Positions 1 through 7,900 of a stretch of DNA of 17,285 bases are shown here, in pieces (the stretch's first letter is position 1; each line of letters starts with the position of its first letter). A model generated the notes under the pieces. The model was not told the origin of the DNA. It did no database searches and saw nothing but the letters and a program-made list of their open reading frames with translations. Location: contig JBBDYJ010000037.1 of the NCBI GenBank assembly GCA_040901675.1, forward strand, positions 66,211 to 83,495, in the 5' to 3' direction. The position numbers and the translations under genes are program-made. The DNA is from Pirellulales bacterium. GTDB lineage: Bacteria > Planctomycetota > Planctomycetia > Pirellulales > JAICIG01.

Positions 1-240
1 CCCCCCCCCCCCCCGGCGGCCGCGCCTCATTCCAAGGAGAACCACCATGAAAACCAGGAAGATTTGTTCACGCTGGCCAGCAAGCTGGCCGCGACGCCGA
101 TCGTGCTCACGGACGACGACGTGGCCGAGGCCGTGCAACACGCGGGCCCCCGCGACGCCGTTCAGTTGATCAATTACGTCACCGTGCGGGCATCCTTCGA
201 CCGGATCACGGAGGCCGCCGGCCTGCAGTTGGAGGATTGA
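1..240 (+). CDS. C-terminal fragment of an AhpD/carboxymuconolactone-decarboxylase-like (peroxidase-related) protein, 5'-truncated
   Basis: Not in the ORF track. Frame 1 is open from the window start to TGA 238-240 and reads ...EDLFTLASKLAATPIVLTDDDVAEAVQHAGPRDAVQLINYVTVRASFDRITEAAGLQLED*, resembling the C-terminal helices of AhpD/CMD-like proteins (A.KL...P..LTD.DV....G...VQL......F.R...A.G). The first ~55 nt may not belong to this gene. Confidence 0.6.
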   Translation, partial: PPPPPAAAPHSKENHHENQEDLFTLASKLAATPIVLTDDDVAEAVQHAGPRDAVQLINYVTVRASFDRITEAAGLQLED

Positions 241-412
241 TTTCGCAACCGAAACCTGGTTCATTGCCATCGGCTGATGCTGCCCGTCAAGGCCGCCGGC
301 GCACCTGCGCGCGCCGCTTGCGGACGCAATACTGGGCGCGGCCGTGACAAGCTATACTAGCTATACGTGTACGTGCCACATAAGCTTCGACGCTTTCCCG
401 CGAGACCACTCC

Positions 413-1801
413 ATGTTTGCTGTTCTTCGAAAACCGGCTGTCGGCATCGCGCTGGCGGCCATGCTCTTTCCGGCGGCCCTGCTCGCCCAGGAACAAGAAC
501 CACCTCCGGCGACTGAATCGCCCGCGACCGAGGAGCCTCCCGCCACCGAGCCTCCCGCCACCGAGCCTCCCGCCACCGAGCCTCCCGCCACCGAGCAGCC
601 TCCCGCGGCGACTGAGCCGCCCGTCGCTGCGGACGCTGCTGCGCTTGCCGGCGCGGACCCCGCGCTTCTGGCCGCCGTTTTGGAGAAGCTTTCGTCCGAG
701 AGCCGTCAGAAGCTGGGCGAGATGCTGTCGGCGGACTGGAAGGACCGCCCGGAATGGTCCGACATGCTGATCGACTTGCTCAAGGCGGATGACATGCGGC
801 CGGGCTTCGGCTGGTTCAAGCCGAGCGAGAAGAAGTACGACTGGAGCTGGCTCTCGTCCCGGTTCGACGCAAACAGCGACGGGGCCATCTCCAAGGACGA
901 GCTACCCACCGACGGGCCCTACCAGGAGCTGCTCTTTTCCCGCCTCGACCGGGACAACGACGGCGAATTGCGGTTCGCGGACTTCGACTATTTCAGCCCG
1001 CGCGAGCCCACGCCGCCGTCGATGATGAGCCAGTTCCTCACCGGCCTGCTCGATACCGACTCCAACGGGCGGATCACCCCCGAGGAGCTGCAGAGCTTTC
1101 TCCGGCGGGCCGACAAAGACAAGGCGGGCTTTCTCACGGTGGAGGACTTGTACGCCGATTTCAGCCGCGCGTTCTCCAACCGTGGCGGCGATGACATGCC
1201 CGATGCCGACGAGATGCTGTCGATGTTCTTTCGCGGCGAGCTGGGCGTCATGGAATCCGGTCCCAAGCTCGGCGATGAGGCCCCCGATTTCACGCTGCCC
1301 ACCCACGACGCCAGCCAAACGATCGCCCTTTCCACCTCCCGAAACAAGCCGGTGATTCTGATCTTCGGCAGCTTCACGTGAGGCCCCTTTCGGTCCCAGT
1401 CTGGGATCCTCGACAAGCTGTATGCCCGCTATAAGGACCAGGTGGATGTCTTCGCCATTTACATCCGCGAGGCACACCCGGCCGACGGCTGGAAAATGCA
1501 GGCCAACGACGACGTGGGTGTGAGCTTCGATCAGCCGACCACGCAAGAGGCCCGCAACCTGGTGGCCAGCGCATGTTGCCAATCGCTCAACCTGACCATG
1601 CCGCTGCTGGTCGACACGATCGACGATCAGGTGAACCGGGCCTACAGCGGCTTTCCCGACCGGCTCTACCTGATCGATCGCCAGGGCAAGGTCGTCTACA
1701 AAGGAGGCCGCGGCCCGTACGGCTACAAGCCGCGCGAGCTGGAACAATCGCTGTTGATGCTGCTTCTGGACGAAACGATGTCGAAAGCGGCCGGGAAATA
1801 G
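413..1801 (+). CDS. Secreted EF-hand + iodothyronine deiodinase-like (thioredoxin/peroxiredoxin fold) selenoprotein, 462 aa, Sec at codon 323 (TGA 1379-1381)
   Basis: ORFs 344..1381 and 1442..1801 are in the same frame, separated only by TGA. Read-through gives KLGDEAPDFTL...KPVILIFGSFT-U-GPFRSQSGILDKLYARYKDQVDVFAIYIREAHPADGW...VDTIDDQVNRAYSGFPDRLYLIDRQGKVVYKGGRGPYGY, matching the deiodinase motifs FGSCTUPPF, YIxEAHxxDGW and ERLY...YKGGxGP. ATG 413 starts a signal peptide (MFAVLRKPAVGIALAAMLFPAALLA|QE). Four EF-hand loops lie at 866-1147. Confidence 0.9.
533..592 (+). repeat. 15-bp tandem repeat x4 (GAGCCTCCCGCCACC) encoding an EPPAT linker
   Basis: Four perfect copies at 533, 548, 563 and 578, with degenerate copies on both sides. 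Confidence 0.95.
1392..1408 (+). promoter_or_regulatory. Candidate bacterial SECIS hairpin
   Basis: GGTCCCA-GTC-TGGGATC forms a 7-bp stem (one G-U) starting 10 nt after the TGA, with a G-containing apical loop about 17 nt from the TGA. This matches the geometry of bacterial SelB-binding SECIS elements. Confidence 0.7.
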
Positions 1802-1815
1802 ACAGCGAATGGCTC

Positions 1816-1847
1816 GGCCTGCCGACCCGGCAGGGTTGGAGGCCTTT
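1816..1847 (+). terminator. Putative intrinsic terminator after the selenoprotein gene
   Basis: GGCCT(G)CCGACCC-GGCA-GGGTTGG-AGGCC followed by TTT, 14 nt after the TAG stop. The U-tract is short. Confidence 0.45.
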
Positions 1848-1965
1848 GGCGAACTGCTGGAGCAGGGCCGCGGCAGGTTCGTAGCGAGTTAATGTTGTTG
1901 GGCGTGATGCGGTTGGTACTTGGTGGCGTCCACGGCCCAATCACCACCCCCTACAGAGCTGACAA

Positions 1966-2712
1966 GTGCCGGCATTCTCGCTCCAACTTCCGGCGATCCG
2001 CGGCATGATCGATCGCCGGATCCTGCTGAACTACCGCGTCCAGCCGGCCGTACTGGCCCGACTCTTGCCGGAGGGACTGCGGCCGCGGCTGGTCAACGGC
2101 TCGGCTATGGCGGGTGTGTGCCTGATTCGCTTGAAGCAGGTGCGGCCCCGGTTTTTGCCCGCGTCGATCGGCATGTCGTCGGAGAATGCGGCACATCGGA
2201 TGGCGGTCGAGTGGCGGCAAGACGGCCAGCCGCTGCGGGGCGTTTACATCCCGCGCCGCGACACATCGTCGCGGTTCAATACGATCGTGGGCGGCCGGTT
2301 TTTTGCGGGCGTCCACCATCGGGCGTGCTTCGACGTTTGGGAGGAACGGGAGGCGCTAAGCGTAACCGTCCACAGCGACGATGGCCAGATGCGGCTGGCG
2401 CTGAAGGCCCGCTTGGCCGATCGCCTGAGCGGCCAATCGGTATTCGGTTCGCTCCAGGAGGCGTCCGATTTCTACCAGGAGGGTTCGCTTGGCTATTCAC
2501 CGCGGCGGGATGGCCGGCTGGAGGGGTTGGAGCTGCGGTCGTTTGGCTGGCGGATTCAGCCGCTCGATGTGAGTCATGTCGAGTCGAGCTTTTTCGGCGA
2601 CCCCGGCCGATTTCCACCAGGCACCGCGCAATTCGATTCCGCTTTCTTGATGCGCGGCATCCCACACGAATGGCAGGCCCGCGGCCTGTTTTCCTGCGAT
2701 GCGATCGATTGA
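1966..2712 (+). CDS. DUF2071 (YqjF-like) family protein
   Basis: IRGMIDRRILLNYRV.P..L..LLP..LRP.LV.G....GVCLIRL..VRP and SENAAHR.AVEW are patterns I recognise from DUF2071 proteins. Start is GTG 1966, alternatively ATG 2005. Confidence 0.8.
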   Translation: MPAFSLQLPAIRGMIDRRILLNYRVQPAVLARLLPEGLRPRLVNGSAMAGVCLIRLKQVRPRFLPASIGMSSENAAHRMAVEWRQDGQPLRGVYIPRRDTSSRFNTIVGGRFFAGVHHRACFDVWEEREALSVTVHSDDGQMRLALKARLADRLSGQSVFGSLQEASDFYQEGSLGYSPRRDGRLEGLELRSFGWRIQPLDVSHVESSFFGDPGRFPPGTAQFDSAFLMRGIPHEWQARGLFSCDAID

Positions 2713-2794
2713 ATCTTCAGTCGAACCGGCTCGAGCGTCCAGCCCAGAACGGCTTGGCTCAGCGGGTGCAGAGTTAATCGACCGTGGAATCGAA

Positions 2795-2868
2795 CACGCC
2801 CGGCAGGACTCGAACCTGCAACCTGCGGATTAGAAGTCCGCTGCTCTATCCAATTGAGCTACGGGCGC
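2795..2868 (-). tRNA. tRNA-Arg (anticodon UCU), CCA not encoded
   Basis: Minus strand reads GCGCCCGTAGCTCAATTGGATAGAGCAGCGGACTTCTAATCCGCAGGTTGCAGGTTCGAGTCCTGCCGGGCGTG. It forms a full cloverleaf with anticodon loop CTTCTAA (anticodon at 2832-2834) and T-loop TTCGAGT. Confidence 0.97.
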
Positions 2869-2906
2869 AAACGTGAACGAGACGGTGCGTACTCCATGAA
2901 CTGTTC

Positions 2907-2935
2907 AGCTTACCGTAGCCCTACGCCATGATCGA
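2907..2935 (-). promoter_or_regulatory. Possible sigma70-type promoter for tRNA-Arg
   Basis: Minus strand TCGATC-N17-TAAGCT, with the -10 element about 40 nt upstream of the tRNA 5' end. Confidence 0.3.
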
Positions 2936-3041
2936 GACCATCTTCAGCACCCGGCCGGCCAGATCCGCGTCCCCCTCCAGGCGGATGCCGGCGAAGCGGG
3001 CTGCGGCACACGGAGTGTGCCTGCTACTTTACGGGACGGCT

Positions 3042-3737
3042 TCAGAGCAGCGTCATCTGCCGCAGGTTGTCCCGGTCGTCGGGCTCAAGGCACTCGGGCA
3101 CGTCGTTGGCCGTGTTGTTCACCAACGTGCTGACCGGATGGGCCGACATCCGCTCCGCCGGGTAGGGCCGCAATACTTCCATCAACTGCGCATGGTCGCA
3201 ATCGGGCTCTAGCCAGCGGTCGTAGTCGTCGGCCGCCACGATGGCGGGCATCCGGTCGTGCAGCGGCCGCACCAGCTCGTTGGCGTCGGTCGTGACGATC
3301 GTGGCCGTCTCCAAGGCGGCGCCCGAGCGCTGCCACTGGTCCCAGAGGCCGGCAAAGGCCAACAGCTCCCCCTGCCTGAGACCAAGATGATACGGCTGCT
3401 TGCGGCCACCCGTCTTCTTCCACTCGTAAAAGCCGTCGGCCACTACCAGGCAGCGCCGCTCGCGGAACGCATCTCGGAAGGCCGGTTTGCTCGCCACCGT
3501 CTCGGCCCGCGCATTGATCAGCCGGTTGCCGATCGCCGGATCGTCGGCCCAGCGCGGCACCAGCCCCCAGCGCACCCAGGCCAGCTCGCGCCGGCCCGCC
3601 AGCGCGTCGAACCGCACCACCGCGATCGGCTGCGACGGCGCGATGTTGTAGCGCACAGGCATCTCGGCCGGCGGCTCCAGGCCGAACGCTTCGGCCACTG
3701 CCGCGGCGGACACACGGGAGGTAAAGCGGCCGCACAT
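3042..3737 (-). CDS. SOS response-associated peptidase (SRAP; YedK/HMCES-like abasic-site DNA crosslinking protein)
   Basis: ATG 3737 gives the N-terminal MCGRF (catalytic Cys2), followed by RYNIAPSQ, RWGLVP, INARAET, RRCLVVADGFYEW, AFAGLWD and HDRMP. The true start is 12 codons downstream of the ORF-track start. Confidence 0.95.
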   Translation of the reverse strand: MCGRFTSRVSAAAVAEAFGLEPPAEMPVRYNIAPSQPIAVVRFDALAGRRELAWVRWGLVPRWADDPAIGNRLINARAETVASKPAFRDAFRERRCLVVADGFYEWKKTGGRKQPYHLGLRQGELLAFAGLWDQWQRSGAALETATIVTTDANELVRPLHDRMPAIVAADDYDRWLEPDCDHAQLMEVLRPYPAERMSAHPVSTLVNNTANDVPECLEPDDRDNLRQMTLL

Positions 3738-3800
3738 GAGGGCGTTGCGGGTGGAGAAACGACAAGCGGACAAGGCGACGGGACCGCCGGAGGCGTCTAC

Positions 3801-3898
3801 GACTTCTGCCCTCTGATTTCTGCCCTCTGACTTCTGACTTCTGACTTCTGACTTCTGACTTCTGACTTCTGACTTCTGACCTCCGCCCTCTGACTTCT
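3801..3898. repeat. Heptamer tandem array, 14 units (GACTTCT consensus; variants GCCCTCT, GATTTCT, GACCTCC)
   Basis: Seven consecutive perfect GACTTCT units at 3829-3877. The last unit overlaps the CHAD stop codon. Confidence 0.95.
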
Positions 3899-4838
3899 AC
3901 CCGCAGCGTGCGGCCTCGCCGGCCGCGCATTGCCACGAATGCCAGTAGTCTTCGAGTGTGTCCACGAACTGCCTGGGCTTGTCGGCAAATACCTGCTCGC
4001 CCAAAGCCAAGGCTTGCGCCTGCAATTCGGCCCTGCGGCCGGCAATCAACGAGGCCAGGTTGTCGATTGCTTTGGCGGCCGCCAGACAGTTGGGATCCTT
4101 CTCGATCACCTGGGCCAGCACCGCCAGGTCGTGGTCGTCGCCGAGCAAGTCGGCCAGTTGGTGCGTCTCGCGGACCTTATTGCCGAGGACATCGCGCTCC
4201 ATCGGCGCGAAAAGCTGCAGTTGGTGCCAGAGGTCCTTGACCCGCTTGCGCCACTCGTGCAAACGCTCCGTGGTCGGATCGCTGCGCACCGCGCCCAGCG
4301 CTTTGCGCCCCTGTTTGTAGGCCCGCTTCAAGCCCGCTTCGACCAGGGGCCAGCCCTCGCGCTTTTGCACCCAGGGGTCGGCCAGCCACTCCTTGGCCCG
4401 TTTCCTTTCTTGTTCGAGAGACTCCACGATGCCGTCGCGCAGCTCGTGGTCCGAGAGCACGCCGGAGGAGAGCGCCTGCTGCCGCTCGACCAGGGCGGCC
4501 CGCAAGGCCGACCATTCCGCCGGATGCCCGTCCTCGGCCGAGCCGGCCAGCTTGTCCAAGGCCTCGATGAGCACCTTGGCGTCGCGGACCGACGACAGCG
4601 GCCGGCCCGCGCCGCGGAACACGCGGTTCTCGCGCTTGAAGACCTTGCGGCCCAGCGGCTCGCGCACCAGCCGCAACAGCGCGCGGACCCGTTTGAATCG
4701 CTTGCGGGCGTCGTGGACGGCCTCGGGCGCGGGCTCGGCGTCAAGCTTCAACGCCGCAAGCGCGCCGTCGATCTGCTCGCGCGCAATGCGCGTCACCGCT
4801 CGGCTGACCGGCTCGCCGGGTTTGAAACGGAACGCCAC
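3897..4838 (-). CDS. CHAD domain protein (polyphosphate-binding family)
   Basis: Motifs VHDARKRFKRVRALLRL, LSSVRDAKV, LHEWRKRVKDLWHQL and LLGDDHDLAVL. Likely start is GTG 4838 (MAFRFKPGEP) with GGAGG 10 nt upstream. Confidence 0.9.
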   Translation of the reverse strand: MAFRFKPGEPVSRAVTRIAREQIDGALAALKLDAEPAPEAVHDARKRFKRVRALLRLVREPLGRKVFKRENRVFRGAGRPLSSVRDAKVLIEALDKLAGSAEDGHPAEWSALRAALVERQQALSSGVLSDHELRDGIVESLEQERKRAKEWLADPWVQKREGWPLVEAGLKRAYKQGRKALGAVRSDPTTERLHEWRKRVKDLWHQLQLFAPMERDVLGNKVRETHQLADLLGDDHDLAVLAQVIEKDPNCLAAAKAIDNLASLIAGRRAELQAQALALGEQVFADKPRQFVDTLEDYWHSWQCAAGEAARCG

Positions 4839-4978
4839 GCCCAGGTTCCCTCCAGCTTTTCGGGCTTTGAACCAGCGCCCAATGCTCGCGGCCCCGCCGC
4901 CTGGGCCTCTGCCATCAAGCCAGTTGAAACGAGCGCATGGCAAGAGTCAAGTATGAAAGTGGTCGGGGTCCCTGCGGG

Positions 4979-7900
4979 TCACGGGCCCGACTGGTAGCGG
5001 GTCTGGTAAGCGCGGTGAAGCGTCGAGCGGGCAGACGGGTCAAGTCCTTGCTCGGCTTGGCCTTCGGGCAGCGGCTCGACCGTGTCGGGATGCTTGGTGT
5101 ACAGGTCCATGTCCTTGCACCAGCCGGCTGCTTCGAGTACGAAATGCCGCGTCCAACCAGGCCGTGGGCCGGTCCGGAGCGGCTCGAATTCAAGGTGCAA
5201 TTCCTCGCCCGGGCCGAAGATGGCCAGCGCGTCGTCGGTGGCTCGCAGCAGCGGCTCAACGGGCCCGTAGTCGGTGTAGTAGCCGGCCGGGTAGCGCATG
5301 TCGGCCAGCGCGCCGCGCTTGGAGTAGTCGTAGCCGGGCACGCGTTGTGGTCCGGTGGTGCGCTGCGGAAAACCGCTGAACCGCAACTCGGCCAGCCGCA
5401 GCTCAAGCGGCCGGCGGACCGCCTGGGGACATTCCTGGCGATAAGCCACGGCGATGCGGTCCCAATAGATTTCCTGGTTGGTGCTCAACCGCAACTCGCT
5501 GGCGCCGCGCGGCAGGCCGGGCAGAGGCACCGACGCCTGCCGCGGCATCCCGGCCGGATAGCCGAACTGGGCCAGCACTTGGTGCCAACGCCCATCGCGG
5601 CCACCCGCCTCGATCGAAGGCGCCACGTACTCGGCGCCGGCCTGCCAGGCGGCAAACATCGTCTGCGAGTAGGGATACTCGATCCAGCCATCGATCACGA
5701 GCATCGGTTGTCCCGGCCCTTGGTCGAGCGGCCGATCGAAGGCGAGTGTCAGCGTGTGCGGGTCGGTCCGGCCCAGAAACCGCCGATCGGGCCTGCCGGG
5801 CGGTGCCGCACGGCGATCGGCGGCGCTGATGGCGGCCAGAACATCGTGGCCGCGATCGTTCACCGCACGCACCGGCCGCGTCTCGTGCTGATAGAACCGC
5901 GCCTCGCCGGTCGGCTCGGGCGGGTTGACGCCCATCCGTTCATCCAGCGTCATCCGCCAACCTGGCGGCAAATCGTAAGCGACCAGGCGGACCGAGTCGA
6001 CGTAGCAGACTTCCTCCATCGGCTCGTGCAGCTTCAGGCAGAGCCGGCCGCCGAGCGGGGCCAGCGATCCGGCCGGCAGCAGCACGTGCTCGAATCCCCG
6101 GGCCGGCGCATACTGGCCGGGGCCGACGGCAAACCCCAGCCCGCCCACTCCAAGCAGGTCGGTCACGAAGCGGTAGCGTTCGCCATTCCAGGCGAACAGC
6201 ACGGGGCAGCTCGACATCTGCCGCTGCGTTTCCTCGATGCGGTGCAACTCGGCCGCGGCCAGCTCGGTTTCGCTTTGCAGCAGGCCGTCGCTCCATTCGA
6301 GCTGGATGAAGTCGATGCTGTTGGCGCCTCCCAAGCCCAGCGACAACGGCTGCAAACTTTGGCCGGGACCGGAGTGAAGGCGATACGTGGTCAGAACGGT
6401 CCAGCGCGAGCCGACCCGCACTCGCAGCTTGGCGCCGATTCCCGACGCGTTGGAACGCGTCTGGTCGTTCTTGTCTTCCTTGCCGGAGAGAGTAACGGCT
6501 GCGAACCGGTGCCGGCCGGGGCCCGGAGAAAAAACGAGCGGGGGTTCGCCCGACCGCAATGCCACCAGCGAGGGCCCCTCAGCCGGGCGATCGTTGACCA
6601 GCAACCAGCCGGCCAGGCCCGGCACGTCGAGGTGCAGCGGCGTGGACTCTTGTTCCTTGGCCTTGCCGCCGGCGGGCGTCACGGAGATCGCGGACCAGCC
6701 ATCGCCGTCGGTATAGGCCAGGTCCAGGCGGCCGTCGCCTTCCAGGTCGGTGATTGCCAACTGGATCGGCGTTTGTTGGTGCGTGGCAGCGGCGTATTCG
6801 GCCAACTGCGTGGCCCGCCAGGTCCCCTGCCGGTCGGGCTGCCAGCGCAGGATCGATCCGTCGGAGGCCGAGTACAATTCGACCTGCCCATCCGCATCGG
6901 CATCGGCCGCCACGATGGCCGCGGCGCCCCGCCTTGCCAAATCGTCGAAGCCATCGGCCGGGCTGTACTTCCAGAGCCGATCGTTGAGATAGATGTCGAC
7001 AAGTTTGTCGCCGGCGTTCTCCGAGTGCCGCGGCCCATTGGCATCGACGGATTCGAGCGGCTTCAGCACGACCAGGTCGGCATCGCGGTCGCCGTCCAGG
7101 TCGTCGGTAAGCGGCTGCGACCTGGGCCCGCCATCGCCGTCAATGCCTCCGCCTTCGGCGGACTCGGCAAGCGGGCGGAACGTGCCGTCGAGGTTATTGC
7201 TCAACAGCTCCAGCGGCCCGTCTCGATTGACGAACAACAAGTCGAGATCGCCGTCGTGGTCGGTATCCACGATGGCGCCGTCGGTGCTGTTCCGCGCGGC
7301 GCCGGCGGCCAGCGCCGACTCGGTGACGTCGGTCCACTCGTTCTTTCCTGCCTGCCGCCAAAGCTGATTGCCGCCGCGCCGGCAAAGGTAGACGTCGGTC
7401 AGCCCGTCGTTGTCGTAATCGCCCCACAGAGCCGCCTGGACGCCGTCGATCGGCGTCAGCGGGTGGACAGACTCGAGCCGGTATCCCGGGCCGTCCGCCA
7501 GCAGCACGGCATTGGCCGGCTTGCCGTCGATCACAATCGCCGCGGCCGCGAAGAGGTCCACCCGGCCGTCGCCGTTGATGTCGCAGGCCGTGAGGCTGGG
7601 CACAAGCTGCTCGTCATTGTCGAGCGTGTTCCAGGCGACGTTGTCCGCGCCGAAAATGGTGAGCGGGCGGCCGGCGGCGAAGATCGGCCCCTCCGGGAGT
7701 GGCGCCGGGCGCTCGTCGAGGGTTGGGCTAATGACCAACGACTTCGGTCCCATGCGCGTGTACTTGAACTGGGCCAGGCGGGCCTGCGGGTTGCCTTCGA
7801 GCCGCTTGAACTCGCCGAGCAGGCGTTCCGCCTCGCGTTTGTTGTGATCGCGCTGCAAGAAGATCATCGCCGCCGCATAGTAGGCGCTGCGGAGATAGGG

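Noticed and set aside
1442..1801. Separate 119-aa CDS, or a pseudogene call for 344..1801
   Set aside because: It begins mid-domain, in frame with the upstream ORF. The single stop is a TGA at the catalytic Sec position with a SECIS-like hairpin, and there is no other sign of decay.
2710..2776. Sec read-through at other TGA stops (e.g. 238-240, 2710-2712, 3042-3044)
   Set aside because: These stops fall at natural domain ends with no redox-motif context or downstream domain continuation.
2795..2868. tRNA-Sec partner for the selenoprotein
   Set aside because: The anticodon is UCU (Arg), not UCA, with a short variable loop and a 7-bp acceptor stem. No sel genes are in the window.
2897..2907. 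TGAACTGTTCA palindrome as a LexA box for the SRAP gene
   Set aside because: Spacing is GAAC-N1-GTTC rather than N4, and it lies downstream of SRAP, in front of the tRNA.
3801..3898. CRISPR array
   Set aside because: Contiguous 7-mers with no spacers and no cas genes.
3085..4045. ORFs containing SEVRSQK repeats (3085..3936, 3797..4045)
   Set aside because: These are translations of the heptamer array and overlap the SRAP and CHAD genes out of frame.
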